Origin: Monocercomonoides exilis PA203
Lineage: Eukaryota > Protista > Preaxostyla
Assembly: GCA_001643675.2 (NCBI GenBank)
Contig: LSRY02000041.1
Coordinates: forward strand, 744,001-808,000
Length of the DNA: 64,000 nucleotides
Direction: 5' to 3'
Shown: piece by piece, positions 1 through 14,394 of the stretch
Numbering within the stretch: position 1 is the stretch's first letter
How the letters are laid out: the number at the start of each line of letters is the position of its first letter
Notes under the pieces: model-generated
Seen by the model: the letters and a program-made list of their open reading frames with translations, nothing else
Database searches by the model: none
What the model was told of the DNA's origin: nothing
Translations under genes and position numbers: made by a program

Positions 1-966
1 TGTTGCATTTCTGTTTTCAGATGCGTTCAACTCACACACAACTTTGTATTTGAAGGCACATCAATCTGCTGAAGCTTCTTGATTTTCACTGACATCCTTG
101 CTGATATAATGAAACTGCCAATACAAAATCATGGGAAGAGTTCATTTCAAATGACTATTTCGATAAATGCTCATTGCAAATATCGCAATTGCGTTCCGTT
201 TTTTTGTTTCACCTCCTCCAAATGTTCAACAATGAACAACGGTTCGCATAAGATGAGACAGATGAGAAAGAACAAAATTTGGAGTATACGGAAGATAGAA
301 ACTCTCTCGGAAACAAAAACACATCAACATTGATTTTAATAAATATCACAATGAAACGGTTTATTTGGAAATACGATCGAAGAGTGAGTCAATTATATTG
401 ATTTGAAAAAGAAAGATATCACAATATGTGAGCTTTTTCAATTCTTTTGGAAGAAACAAGAATATAAACTGAAATCATCTGACGAGGTGGATAAAAAATT
501 TTCAAAGGATAACATCAATAACACTTCATTTTTCCTGTTGTCAACATTTGTTTGAAAGAAACAATTTTTGAATCAAAGAATTATTTCAGGAGATTTTTCA
601 CTGATGATTAAGTGCATTTTTTCATGTTCATACAGAAAAACCATTAGTGAAACATTTTTTCATGATTTTTCTTTTTTCGTTTTTCATCGATGAAACATTT
701 TCTCTCCGCAAACAAAATCGAATCTTTTCAACTTTCATTTGATAAATGGGTTTATAAAATATATTTAGGGCGTTAACTTTCATATTATTTGAATCAGTTG
801 ATCTTTCTTGATGAGTGTTTCATTAGTGGTGGAGACTGTCTAATGATGACAAACTCACTTTTCAAATGATCTTTGGATGATGAGCAAACCATTGATTATA
901 TCTATTTGCGTTCAAATTAAGGATGTGTTGATCATTTGTGATATTGATCGTGAAACATCAAAACTC

Positions 967-3406
967 ATGATATTTATCATTCTGATTTTCACATTTGCAA
1001 TTTCACAAGAATTGGATGAAGGAAAACCTTATACAGTTTATGTGAAGCAAAGTGGAAGTGAAACCCACACTGGAACAGAGATCGGTCAGGAAAAGAAATC
1101 ATTGAAAAGTGCATATGGTCTTCTTGGAGATTATGAAGCATGCAAGATCTTTATTGTGAATGATGCAACTGCACTAACTGCACAGCAAACATCTTTCTAC
1201 AAAAATCAAGGAATCACCATTGAAGGAGTTGACAGCATAGGAACAAAAAATGAAGTTGTATCAATTAATTGTGATGTGCATCCAGAAGGAGATCTATTTT
1301 CTTGTGGTGGAGATACAGAATTCAAATATTTGGCAATCTATTTTCCTTCATCTTTGGGAGGATCCTCGAGTAATGCATTGGTTCATGGAAGTTCTGAAGA
1401 ATTAACTATAAAAAACTGTCAATTTATTCGGCCAACAACAAATGGGGGGAACAGTTAATTATTTCCTTGTGTATATGGAAAGAGGGAATTTAAATATAGA
1501 TTCAGTGGAGTGCGCTGATGAGAGTCGCACAGTTGCGTTTGAAAGTGGTATTTCTTATATAAGTGCATATACTGTTTCATTAACGAATTTGACATTGAAA
1601 ATAATATCTAGTTCTAATTCAATTGTTTCCATATATGGAGGTTATGATTGCAAATTGGATGTTTCTTTGAACAACTGCACATTCACTGAATGTCAAACAA
1701 ATGGTTCTCATTTGTTGTTCATTTTGGACAGTAATAGTGAAAGCTCATTTTCAGTTGGAGATGCGGGAGTTACTTCTTTCTCATCTTGTACTGGCATTAA
1801 ATCTGGAGGAATCTATTTGAATTTGTCAAATGCACGATCTGCATCTAAATTAATATGGCCAATAGATGGAAGGAATCTTGTGTTTCAAAAATGCAGTTGT
1901 GGAAAAGGAGAGTCAAAAAGAAATACTGGATTGTCAATATCATTGAATAATGATTCATTGTTCAAAGATATGGCAGATGCAATGAAGGCAAGCTTTGCAG
2001 CTAATTACACACGAAAAGATAATTCTTGGTTTATTGTAGGGGTTGATCAAAATTATAAAGTCTATGATTTTACAAGCATTTATTTTGATCCACCTCCTCA
2101 AAAGCCAGATAATATGACAAGAGCATTTGTGAAGAAAGGAGGGAAGGGAAATGGAATCGATGTCAATTCTGCAATAAACAGCTTGAAGGAGGCTTATGAT
2201 TTCTTGGAAAAGAGTGGGAAATGTTTCATTGACATAATCAAAACATCTGATCCAATCAAAGCAGAGGACATTAGTTTCAGCATTAACAGTGGAATAACAA
2301 TCGAAGGAGTGAAAGACAATGGAGAGGGAAATGCAGAAGTGGCAATTGATTGTGATGTTTCAGCTTTATCAATTCTCTTTTCCTGCCTGAAAATTGTGGA
2401 ATTCAAGTATTTGGCATTCCAATTCTCTTCAACAGAAAAGAATTGGGACTCATTGATCAGTGCTGGATCAGGTTCAATATCATTGAAAATATCAACATGT
2501 CGATTTGTCAGAATTGAATCACAATCACAAGAAGGAATGGTTTCAAATGCTGATGGAAACAGCCCCTTGGCAAGCAGTCTTGTGAGTGTGATATCTGGAA
2601 GTGTGGAAATGGACACAGTGAAATGCACAGATGAGACCTCATTTGTGTCATTCTCATCATCACCCTTTTCATTTTCTGGAGCCAGCGAGGTGTCATTGAT
2701 TGGAATGGACATCAGCAAAGTGAATGTGGAAAGTGGAGCAGCAATCAGCATCAGAGATAAGAGTGATTTATCTTCGAAGGTTTCAATCGAAGGATTGAAT
2801 GTTCAAGAGGTGAAATCGGAGAAAGGAGCAGCAGCAGGGTTGGATATCACCCTCGGTTCAGAAAATTCAAGAGTGGCCATTGGAAGGTCAAGCAAATGCT
2901 CATTCAAGTCTTGTTCAGCACCAGAAGGGAAATCAGGAGCAATATACATTGAGATGCCCAAGGCAACATCGAATCTGCAACTTCCATCAGAACACAACCT
3001 GGAGATTGACAGCTCAAACACAGCTGGCTCAAAAACAACTTCTCTGTTCATCATTGCCCCAGACTTCGAAGAGTTCTGCAAACAAGAAGATGCCTTTGCG
3101 TTTGCGAATGAATTTGATGAATCAACAGCAGGGTGGGTGGAGGGAGCAAAAGATGCAGAATCAGAGCCTGAGGATGTATATGAGAAGAATATCAAGGGAA
3201 AGAAAAAGAAACCAATTGACAATCCAGAAAAAGATCAAACAAAAGATGAAAAGAAAACAAGAACAGGAGTGATTACTGTTGCCATTGTTGTGCCAATTGT
3301 GGTTGTTGTGGCAGTTGTGGTGATTGTGATAGTTGTTGTTATTGTGAGGAAAAAGAGATCAAGAAATGAAGATAAAGATAATAAGAGAAGAGAAATGGAA
3401 GGATAA
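967..3406 (+). CDS. Type I membrane surface protein with two internal repeated beta-rich modules; split by a 1-nt frameshift in a G6 run at 1444-1449
   Basis: ATG at 967 opens a signal peptide (MIFIILIFTFAISQE). ORFs 877-1458 and 1442-3406 fuse if one G is removed. The motif series SLKxAY..GITIEGV..I(N/D)CDV..LFSC..EFKYLA occurs twice. C-terminal hydrophobic TM (VITVAIVVPIVVVVAVVVIVIVVVIV) followed by RKKR. Confidence 0.75.
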
Positions 3407-4399
3407 AAAATAAAGGAGAATTTTTATGTATTTTTTTTCACATAAAGTTGGACTTGTACTTCCTTATTATTCATCTTTTTTATAAAAATTAAATATATCT
3501 GTTAAATAAACTTTTGATTTTTTCGTTTTCCTGTCCGTTATTTATCTTTGATAATTTCTAAATAAATCGATCACATAGGTGGTTTTATTTCATATCAAAA
3601 AATCTTTATATTTTTCTTTTGGTCAATTCTGACTGAAAAAACTTTAGTGAAAATAACAGGAATATATAATTTTTAACATAATGATAATAATTTGTTTGTT
3701 GATTTTTATGAGTAACGAATATTTTTTTCCCTCAAAATAATGAAAAAGAACGATATAGCCTATCAAACAAAAAAATGAATTCATAACTTCAGCAAATTGA
3801 ACAAAACATGATTTCAATCATTAATACAATATGGATACAATAATTTTAATAAAGCAATTTTTAATTTTTTCAAGAAATCTTGTTTGATAATGTTATTGGG
3901 AAAAAAAAACATAATCAGTCTATTTGAGAGAATAAAAAAGAAACATAAATCATCAAAAAACACTCAAACAAAAAATATAAAAACAATATTAGATATTTAT
4001 CAAATAATCAATCTTCGCAATTAACTGTTTTTATAATTTAAGAAATAAAATTTCTTATTAAAAATCTAACAAATTATTTTCAGAATAATTATTAAAAATT
4101 TTAATAAAAAATGAATGAAATACATGAAAATACACTTGAAAATCAACAAAAGCTTCTGTCGCACGTCCATCCACACTTCTTCTTTCTCCCTTCCCTCTCC
4201 CTCAATTCTTTCTCCATTTTTATCCTTTCTGGAATAGATTTCTGTAGGCAATCTGATAACCTTGAACATTGCTTTGCTTAACTCGCTGCTTTTAAAAACA
4301 AATTCTTCCCCTTTCGTATTTACTGGAAACTCTGAGGATATTTCAGTCAGAATTTCTTTTATCTTTTCGATTGAATCCGAAGGTCGCCAAATTTTAGCT

Positions 4400-7300
4400 T
4401 ATCCTTCTTGTGCACAATCAGAAACAGAAGATATCCATAGCAGCTCTACTCACGTTGCCGTTAACGATTTGGAAATGTGGAAAAGTTGAGTTTTGGGCTG
4501 AGAACGATCACTATTTGCAGATGATGATGATCGGCTGAGAAGTATTGTGCGAAATAGCGATAAATGTGTTTTTGTCAGTTGGAAACACGAGGAGAAGCGT
4601 TGTGGAGAGCGGGAAATTGATATTTTAGCGAATACAGCAGCTTGGTGGAGATGGCAGGTGCGTGAAAATTGTGGTAGATGGAAGAGGCGCAAGACTGGAG
4701 ATGGAGAACTGCCCAATGGCCAGCTGAAGCGTCAGAGGCAGCGAGGCCAGAGGAGGCGGCGTTGCAGCCGAGCTGGCAGCCGGGGCAGCCCTGCTGATAA
4801 ATGGATCGACCTTCGAGGACTGTGCTGCTGCGGCTGGTGGAGGCCCGGCACAGACCCATGGCCTGGTGGGGTGTTCTTGGTGAAGGCAGATTCCGCCAGG
4901 CAGTTTGCACTCGAGCAGGTGGTGTTGCCAGATGTAATGCGTGGAAGAGCAGAAAGGTGTTTGTGTTGGCTACCATGCTTTCGGAAGTGGAAGACGCAAT
5001 CCATTTCAACTGTCCATGACCAGCACTGACATGAGCGCCCTTGACGAGCTCAATGTATTCGAACTTGTTACCGTTAGCTCCAAGCACCTGATCCCGCTTG
5101 CATTGTATTTATGGACTAACATCATCACCCAAATGTTTATCAAAAAAGGATTTGATTTTTGACTTTGGTGCATGAACGCACTCCGCTGCTCCCTGTAAGT
5201 CAATCATTCATTCCATTTTGCCTGAAGTCATGGCTGGGAATGTTGGACTATTTCTTCTCTCTCTCAGTCACGGAGGAGGCGTGCTGTTTGTTGTCGGAAC
5301 CCTCATTGAAAGCATCTTTTCAATCCCTCTCCATCCTCAACTTCCGTTTCACCTTCAATAACTTATTCATTTGTAAGGATGTCTTTCTCCTGTTCTCCTG
5401 CAGCCCTGTTCAAATCAACGAGTTCCTTTTTTCACTCGAGTTCTCCGAGCCCTCTCTCGCCTCAAACACCTTTTCCTTCAGCCCCAGCTTCTCCCGCGCT
5501 GGATTCAGACTCTTCATTGATTTCTTCGCATTTATAAATTTCTTCCATTTCTCTTAGATATTATTCGACCAGGACGCTGGCTCCTTTGCCTGTCATTGCT
5601 GTTCCCCACTTTCCCCTTGCTCCTCCCTTTTCACAGCTATTCTCCACATTTGCCGCATCACCGGTTACATCCTCTGAATCTCCTCCTCCTTCTTCTTTGG
5701 ATTCTCGATTCCCTTTCCGTTATCCAAGTCTATTGAACCTCCTGAAGTGTTGTCCCTGTACGCTTCACTACCAATATCCTCATGTGTTGATCAGCCTGAG
5801 ATTGTTGTGTTTCTCAATAGCTGTCACTTTAACTTTCCGTTTAACTTTCTCCAAAATTCTTCCTCATCTTTCTATCTCTTTTTTCACTCATACACTTCGT
5901 CGATTATTCTTATCCATTTTTCGTGGTTATTCAAATTCTCTGGCTTATATCCCTCTATTTCAGCTCAAAATAGTTCTTTTCCTTTTTTTCTTCTTTTCCT
6001 CTCCATTCTTCAATGATTTCGCTTGCTTTGCAAATGGTTCATGAAATACTCCAAAATTTTGTTCTTTTATACCCCCTTTTTTCTCAAGCTAAATGCAAAT
6101 GCAATGCATTCCTTCAGATTCAAAACCTTTCGTTTTGGCTTGCTGAGAATGAACTGAAAAGACAAAACGAAAAAATTCACAGCTTTGATGCAAATAGTTG
6201 ATATGTTCAATGGAAAAGTCTTCCTTTGCCTTTTCTCTTTCATTCTCCTATAATTCTATTTTCATAAACATTCAAAACGAAGAAGAAGAAGAAGAAATTC
6301 TGTTTAACATTCTTATGCTTTTTTTGATGGTGATGACAGAAGAACAAGAAGAACGAAGAAATATCAGATGTGGAGTGTTTCTTGCTTGTTGATGGTTTGT
6401 TGTGAAGAATTTGAAACAAAATGTGTTTTTGGAAAAAAGTGTGAAGAAGGTGAAAAATGATGATTTTGATCGAAAGAGATGAGCTTCGAGAGAGATGAAC
6501 ATTGAACGAGAAATCAGAAGCAGAATTGACAGATGGATGAAATGTTGAAGAATAAATCAGTGAGTGGGAAAGTTGATTGAATAAATAATGAAGAAGGAAG
6601 AAGAAGATTTTGAAGAAACAAATGCCATTTGATATTCAATGTCTGCCTTCTGCTTCAAATGTCCAACAAATTGAATTGCGAATAAAATAGTTGTTCTGTC
6701 AGAATATGATAATAATTCTCCAAAAAAATACTCATATAAAAGAAAGTGCCAAATCCATTTCTGTGAAAGTAACTGTCTCTCGTTTCGGTTGGACTGATTT
6801 TCTTGTCTTCTCCATTAAGAATTTTTTATCTTTTGCCATCTTCTCCTTGTTTCATTCATCTGTGTTGATTTGAAGGTCAGAAATGTTTTCCAAAAAAGAA
6901 TCTCCAAAATCGATGTCTAATCGAGCGTTGCTCAATAAAAAATGAATTTTGATTGTTCCTAATAAATTAGAGCTTATCCTTTTAATTGAAGAAGTCAAAA
7001 AAAAAAAAGGTGAAAAAATAACTTGAAGAGAATGCTGGTGGTGAAGCACGAGAAAAAGAAAGAAAGGCAAAGGAAAAGGAAAAGAGGAAGAGAAAGAAGA
7101 AGAGAAGGAGAAAGAGAAAAGAAACAGAGAAAAAAACAGAAAGAAACGCAAACATTTTGATGGAAGAAAAAGAAGAAAATTAAAAAATTTCGGTAGTATT
7201 TGAAATGAGTAGACAGAAGATGAATAATTGGATGAAGTTGTATCAATCCAAGGAGAAGGAGAAGCAGAAGCAGAAGCAGAAGGAGAAGGAGAAAATGTTT

Positions 7301-8150
7301 ATGGTGAGGATAAAGTTAACAAGATGATGTTAATGATTTCATTTCAGATAATGGAGGAGAGGAAAATGAACCTTTTCGATTAAAAGAGCTCTTCAAGAAA
7401 AAAGAACGATTCTTTTGTTCCATCTGAGCAGCTGAGCTGTCAGTGTCCCATCTCAAATCATACAATGAGCAAATGCACAGCTTCAACACTCTCTTGAGAA
7501 AAACATTTCATCAAGATGCAGTGAAGAAATCAAATGCAAATTAATATTCCAAATTGAGTCGGAATTGACCCAGAAAGATGAGGAATTGACGCGATGTTTG
7601 ACAAGCCGTATTTATTTCTTTCCAATGGCTGAATTTTTAGCTGATATCTTTGAAGATCAATGGAGAGCATTCTGGCATGCCCATGGATGACTGTAACAAC
7701 TCAAAAGAATTTCATGAGCACCATTCAAAATGGTTGTTGTTCTCTTCATTCCTATGAAACAGAAATTCGATAATAGGAAACCTTTCTTTCCTTCAATTCC
7801 CACTTCCTCTTTCATTTGCTGTGGAATAACATTTCCGATGTGTTTATTGAGTGCATCTCGCTGCAAAGCTGTCTTCCTCCTTCTTCTCCAAATCTCATTT
7901 CAACTGAAATGAAAACGGCCTTGAACGAACAAATCTGATAACAATATCCAATCAAATGAATAAATTTCCTTTTGATGTTTCACTCTCAACGAACAGAAGA
8001 ACCTCCATCTTTTCTATTGGTGATGGACTTCATTCCTTTTCTTCATGGCACAAGATTATTTTGCAACTGAAGCATTGGAGCCTTGATTTTCTTCCTCTCT
8101 TCGAGCATGTTCTCCATATTCAAGAACTTTTCTTTTCTTTTCTTTTGTTC
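4400..8150 (-). pseudogene. Decayed, unidentifiable coding-like fragments
   Basis: GC-richer patches (about 4600-5600) and Lys/Glu-rich minus-strand stretches broken by many stops; no recognisable domain. Confidence 0.25.
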
Positions 8151-8455
8151 ATTTAATAAGAGATGACTTTCAGAATTTCATTTCCTTTCTTCTTTCATAA
8201 CCCTATGATCAATTAATAGATGAGCTCAAAATGCAACAATCCACAAAATATATCAAACCTTCAACAATAACATATTCTTGTTTTCAATCTCATTCTTTTT
8301 CATAAAAAATTATGAAATATCATTCATACACAAATTTCGTTTGTCAGCTTCCCCTTTTCTCTGCTGTCAAGTATTTGCAATTTATTCCATTGACAAAAAG
8401 ATGTGATTCAAAGAGTTAATGATTTTTTTGGAAAACCATCCTTCTTCAAATAAAC

Positions 8456-8481
8456 TGTTGGTTTGATCAAAAAGAAACAAA
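8456..8481 (+). promoter_or_regulatory. Conserved upstream motif of the DYFVNV family (copy 1)
   Basis: TGTTGGTTTGATCAAAAAGAAACAAA is 25/26 identical to 31623-31648. The two motifs lie 232 and 235 bp upstream of paralogous ATGs. Confidence 0.45.
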
Positions 8482-8687
8482 AGATTTTCATTTTTGGACT
8501 CATACATCCAATCCTTGCGGCTTCTTCGAATTTTCTTTTACACTTCTTTTTGTTAAACAAAAATTTAACAGTTTGTGTTGCGATCATTTTTGAACTGCAA
8601 GATAATCAACAATATGTGCATTTATCTTTTATTTTGTTATTTGCCCAGCTTTGCCCCTCATTCCGAATTTTATTTGCAACAAGCAGA

Positions 8688-10141
8688 ATGAGTTTACCAA
8701 ATGATATATCTGAAGATAGAATACAAATGATTATCAAAAGCGAGCAGTTTTCAAGTTTGCCATTTTATTTGGATTGAGCAATTCTGAACAAAATTTTTGA
8801 TTTTTTGAATACCCTTTGCAGAATTGCTCCATGAGCTTGAGTGTTGCGGAGAAGATGAGAAAAAGCAGAAAATGGAGGAAATGAAAAGAGTGATGGAAGA
8901 ATTGGATTATGGAGAATTCAAATCAGTTTTCACAAAGGAACTGTTCGATAAAATTCACCAAATGATTGAAAAAAAGAAATTATCGATGGAAAATGCATTG
9001 AAGTTATTGAAACAAATGGGATATTGCAAAGCATTGAAGTACTTTAGCTCCAGAAGTTTTGGAGAATCTTCGTTGGGCAAAAGATTTGAGAAAATGATGA
9101 TTGATGAAAATGAGAAAAAAGAAGAAAAGGATGTAAATCATCTCATTGACCTTTGCGAGTGCTATCTTTTGCTTGAAGGCCTATTTTCTTCAAAATATCA
9201 TTCAATTTATATGCCTTTCCTTCTGAAAGTTGCATCGAAGAAAGAGGAAAGCAAGGAAGTTCAAAAAGAAGTGGAAATGGCTTTGCTGGCTTTGGTCAAT
9301 ACTTTCCGTCACGTTTGAAATTTTCTATTTTCTTTTAATTTTTTTTTTTATTTTTTTTTTATTTTTTTATCAGTCAATCAAAAAGGAACTGTATTTGAGT
9401 GAAATTGTAGAAATTATAAAGCGTCATCAAGAATTCAACAATCTGACACGACTTGCTTGTAGCTCTGCTTGGGTATTTTTAATAAACCGAGTTTACAGTG
9501 ACAAAAGTTTGGAAAAAGTGATTGTGGATGAGCTGCATTTTGCGAGAGATGCGACTAGAGAATTGGAACATCTGTCAAAGTGTGTGGATTGGAAGAGAGA
9601 GAAAGAAGAGAGAAAAGGAAAAGAAACGAAAGAAGAGTTAATTATTTTTGGATGGATATGTACAATTACTTGTTACTTATCATGGTGCAAATTGAGAAAT
9701 GAAGAACTTACAGGGCTTATAGTCGGCATTGCGGATATATTGTTTGCAGCGAAAGATAATTACCAAAAAATTAGCAATGTGTGCATTGATTTATTTAAAG
9801 TTGCATTGAGAAAAGAAGCTGTGAAAGCGGAAGGCTTGTTGAGTTGCGGTGTTGTTGATGCTGTTTTAGAGGGAATTCAGCAGCCAACGTTGAATGATTA
9901 CTTTGCGTTTGATGGCTTGAGAATTTTGAAAAAAATTTCAAAAAGTTTGAAAGGAAAGAAGAGAGATGAAATAGAAGAGGTGAAAGGAAAGGAAGCGAAA
10001 AAGAAGGTTTTTAAAAAGCTGGAAGAAGAAGGATACGAAGATACCATCACAAGTTTTCATAAAATATTTGGTTTTCTTAACATACGTTTTTGGCAAACTG
10101 ATTTATCGCTAAATATAAGTGATTATTTAGTGAATGTTTAG
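8688..10141 (+). CDS. Helical Lys/Glu-rich protein of a dispersed family (copy 1, intact, ~441 aa); join(8688-8754,8822-9312,9374-10141)
   Basis: GT-AG introns 8755-8821 and 9313-9373 join ORFs 8824-9318 and 9230-10141 in frame. Motifs DLCECY, LSKCVDWKR, EEEGYEDxI and DY(F/L)VNV are shared with copies at 28 kb and 32 kb. Confidence 0.8.
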
Positions 10142-11233
10142 CCAAAAAAAATTTTTTTTCATTTAGTTTTGTCACTCAAAAAGTATATCCTTTTCTTTTT
10201 TATCCATTTCTCAAAAAGGTAAAAAAATCGATTTTGGAAGTGTATTTTGCAATAAATGTGCTTTTTTTTTTTTTTTTGATTTATTGATTTGTTGTGGTAT
10301 TTTGAAGCATTCGTATTTTATCAAACTTTATTTATGAAAAGCATTTCTTTTTTTTGAGAAATTTTATCATTTATTTTGTTCAGTTTTATTTTGTTTTATT
10401 TTGTTTGTTTTTATAATTTTTTACGCAATTTTAAAGAGCTGAAGAAATGAGTCTTATTGATGCTTTGGATGCTTTGTTTTTCTGTGTTTATTCAGCCATT
10501 ATGGCTGTGCTCTTGCAGCTGATTTTCATCCGTCACAAGTTAATTCTTGTGAAGGAATAAAAAAGGAAAAGGAAAAGACTTCAAACGCTTAAAAAGTTGC
10601 AAAAGCAGCAAACAACACTTAAACTTTCTCAAAGAAATGATAACAAATTGGAAAAGGAAAAGGAAAAAGAAAAAGAAAACGATGAATGAAAAAGAAGTGC
10701 TTTGAAATTGTGTCTAAATGAACACATTCAAAGAGAAACATTTCAATAAAACAAATTTGAATTAAAAATAAAAATCATTAAATAATTTCATGAAACAAAC
10801 GAAAATGAACAAATTAGACCAACAGAATATCATCAACAAAATTTATCAAAAATGCTTAAATTTATCTTTAAAAATATAAATGAAAATAAAAATAAAAAAA
10901 TAACAAAATAACAAAATAACAAAAAAGAAAAAGAAATCTAATAAAAATGCATCATGACCTCGTTTGATGTCATTCAGCAGAATTAAACAAAAATTTCATG
11001 CTTAGCATTTAACTTCAAAAAATAAATTGTACAATATTCTTTTTTTAAAAAAAAAAAGAAGAAAGAAAAAAAAAAAAGAAAAACAAAGAAAAACAGAAAC
11101 AAAAATTGCCTGATAATCAATATTTTATCACAAATACACTGGCTTCAATTCCCAAAAGCACTCCAATTATTTGATTGGCATTACAAAACTTATTTCCTTC
11201 TTTCTTCTTCTTCTTCTATTTTTTTTTCCCTCA

Positions 11234-13815
11234 TCACTTCAGCAAATCATCATCAGCACCTCCCGAATACAAATCCATCGGAGGCGCTGTCGGGCATATT
11301 TCCCTGTCTCTTCCTCGACTGCGGCTCTGGCCGTTCTGCTGATTGTACTGCAAAGGCAGCTCATTTGGCGGCTGGCGGTACTCTGCCTGCACGCCAGCTG
11401 TCGGAAGTGACGCTGACGTGCGCGATGAATACGACGAATACGACGGAGCAGCTCGCATAGCATACGATTTTGTGGCAAATGCACCATCACCACAATTATC
11501 ATCATCACCATCATCACAATCATAGGGCGCTTCTTTGCCTTCAGACATATCCTGTGGAAGCACATAGCAAGGCTGAGGTGCTTCTGCTGGATAAGAATTG
11601 GGAAGCCTGTTTGACACATGGGACGGTTGGGGACGTGTAACATTGGAGGAATATGGAGGAGGACGAGAAGAAGAGGGAAGGGAAGAAGAAGAAGAAGATG
11701 ATGATGATGAGGAGGAGGGGGAGGGGGAGGGGGAGGAGGAAGAAGAAAAAATAAAAATGTGTGAAGATGATGATGGAGATTGTGATTGTGATACTTGCTT
11801 TGATATTTTCTTTTTCTTAGGTTTAGGTTTAGGTTTAGGCTGCGACTGTTGTTGTGGTCTTTTTGGAGTTGATGTGCTTTCTGAGCTTTTTATCACTGAA
11901 ACAGTTGTGGTACGTGAAAAGAACGCAGACATAGCAATTGTTGATGGAGGGGGAGAAGATCTGGAAGAAGAGGATCTTGAAGAAGAAGATCTTGAAGAAG
12001 AAGAGGAAGATGAAGAAGAAGAAGATGATGATGATGATGAAAAAGAATAATCATATGATTCGTCATGTGACGAATCACTTCTTTCTATCCGTCTGATCAT
12101 CATCTTCCTTCTCACCACGATCACAATAACCACCACCACTGCAGCAACAGCGCAGCAAGCTCCAAACGTTGCTCCTAAAGCAACACCGAATGTGTTCTTC
12201 TTTTTGTTTGACGGCTCGTCTTCTTCGTAATCTATCATTAGTGTCTTGTCAAATTTAATCCAATCTTTTGCATATTCCTTTTCTTCCATCAAATACACGG
12301 AACACTTATTCGTCCCCGTGCGGCAATTGTCAAATATCGTTTTATTGAATTCTTTGCCATATATGCCCACATCATTCCCTTCGTAGTTCGCTTTGTTCCC
12401 GCTGAACAGGCACCGCGAAAATTGCGTAAACATCGCAATCCTGCTATCCCCTTTCAAAGTGAGCCCTCCCCCTGCCCACGCATCACAGCGATCAAACATC
12501 ACGTCACACACAGATAGAGGCATCTGGCCATAAAACAGCACCATCCCTCCGCCTTCGTGCACGTCGCCCTTGCTGAAGTTCGAAGAGCATATCATCACTT
12601 TTTCGCAGCACACCTCCGCATACACCTTGTACAGGCAGAGCGAGCCGAAATGCGCCTTGCATGAAATAAAATCCGAATGCCTGATCTCCGCGCTGCCCAC
12701 TTTCCCTGTCAGCAGCACGGCTCCTCCGTCCACATTCGCCTTGCAGCCGCTGAATTCGCAGTGCTGGATGAGCACTGACTTCACCATTATCAAGTAGACG
12801 GCTCCTCCAGAGCCACTCGGGGCTGTGCAGTTCGTGAAGGTGCACTCGTCAAGAGTGACCTCTGAGTGATTTCCACTGAGAAGCAGCGCACCGCCGTTGC
12901 AACAAAAAGATTCGTTGCGGGGGTCAGCTTGACACTTCGTAAACGTATCAAATTGAAAATAAACGTATTCATTTGTGCTATATCTCTGTGAGGTGTATTC
13001 GGCGTTGGTTCCTGAAGCAGTATTAGAGCTGCTAAAGCGTTGAATGCAACTGTAGCTATTATTCAACGAAACATATCTGGAGAATCCTTCAAAAAAAGAG
13101 AAAAATTGTTTCGGTGAAGTAATGCTCCTAACATTTTCAATAATATTAGTCTCTAACAAAATTGAAGCAGATGCATATGCATTCAAATTGATTAATGCTT
13201 CGTTTTCAATATTGTCAGTGATGTTGCTAAACAAGCAGTTCACTATTTGTGTTTGACAATTAAAGCCAAAATGAAATCGGAAAAAGATATGGTTTTTAAA
13301 GTGGCAATCCAATATGTTTGCAGAAGCTAACTCGTGTGATGAACTTATTAAATTATTTAAGAATATTCTATTTTTGTCGTCTGCTTTGAGAGAACTATTA
13401 ACACAGTTGAATTGCCCCTCAATTATAAATGCCGGATTTTGTTGAAAGTGATGAAGCATTAGAATTGAATTCCTCACAATTGATTTCGAATTTTGATCAA
13501 TAATTTCAAGTGGTGCATTCATCCCTTTTGAGAAAATCAAACAATTTTTTTCCACTGATGAATTTTTCGCTGTTGCTTTGTATGTAAGTTCAGAAAAGGG
13601 AGCATCACTTTAAGATTTAAAAATATGTATGAAAGTGTATATGAATAGGAAAATAACATGTATACATACTTTTTTCTATCTTTAATGTCAAAATATGTTG
13701 TTGAACGCTTCACGCTCAAATCAAATAATTCCACGTCCAATAATAAAAAATTGCAACCAGAAGCAACTAAATGAAACAGAATAACTAAAATGTTGATTGT
13801 GCTTATTTTATACAT
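11234..13815 (-). CDS. Type I membrane protein with GGA-type beta-helix ectodomain and Ser/Pro-rich cytoplasmic tail; join(13815-13670,13607-11234), ~839 aa
   Basis: Signal peptide MYKISTINILVILFHLVASG. A 62-bp intron at 13608-13669 (GTATGT...TAAAG) joins the two ORFs in frame. Repeated C.A..GGA motifs, and a TM segment GVALGATFGACCAVAAVVVVIVIVV followed by RRK. Confidence 0.8.
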
Positions 13816-14394
13816 TTAAATTAAATAAAATGAACAAGAAAAAAAGATAATGAAATCTGGAATAAATGTTGATCGGAAATGACCATTATTTAAATGTTAT
13901 GAAATTGAAAATGATACTGTTAATAATGCTTCCAAAACAATGTTCTGCCCAACATTTTTGAAACTTCTATGTAATAATAAAAATTTTACTTCACTTTTCT
14001 TTTTTGCAAAGTTATGTCAGTCTCATGATGAAAAGAAAACTGATAAAGTTTGGAACAAATTACACTTTTTATTTTCAAAAAAGCAAAAACTTTACCTTAT
14101 ATGAAAAACATTAATTTTAACAATCAAAACATTTCATTCTAAAATTAAAAAAATAATGTTGAATACCAATAATTTAAAAGTCCTTCGATCAGCAATACGC
14201 TATAAAAAAATATAGCATGTATTCAGAGAATTTTACTCTTGTAACATTTTTAATTTTAAAAAACCATTTTACATGATTGGCATATAAAAATGATTCACTT
14301 ATAAATTAGCTTTAATTATTGAACTTAATGAATGGATAAAAAATTTCTTTGTTAAAGTTAGAAAACAAAAACTATAAATGCTCAATGAAATAAT

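Noticed and set aside
7540-7600. Minus-strand LSGSIPTQFG, resembling a plant-type LRR
   Set aside because: Single short match surrounded by stops, with no repeat periodicity.
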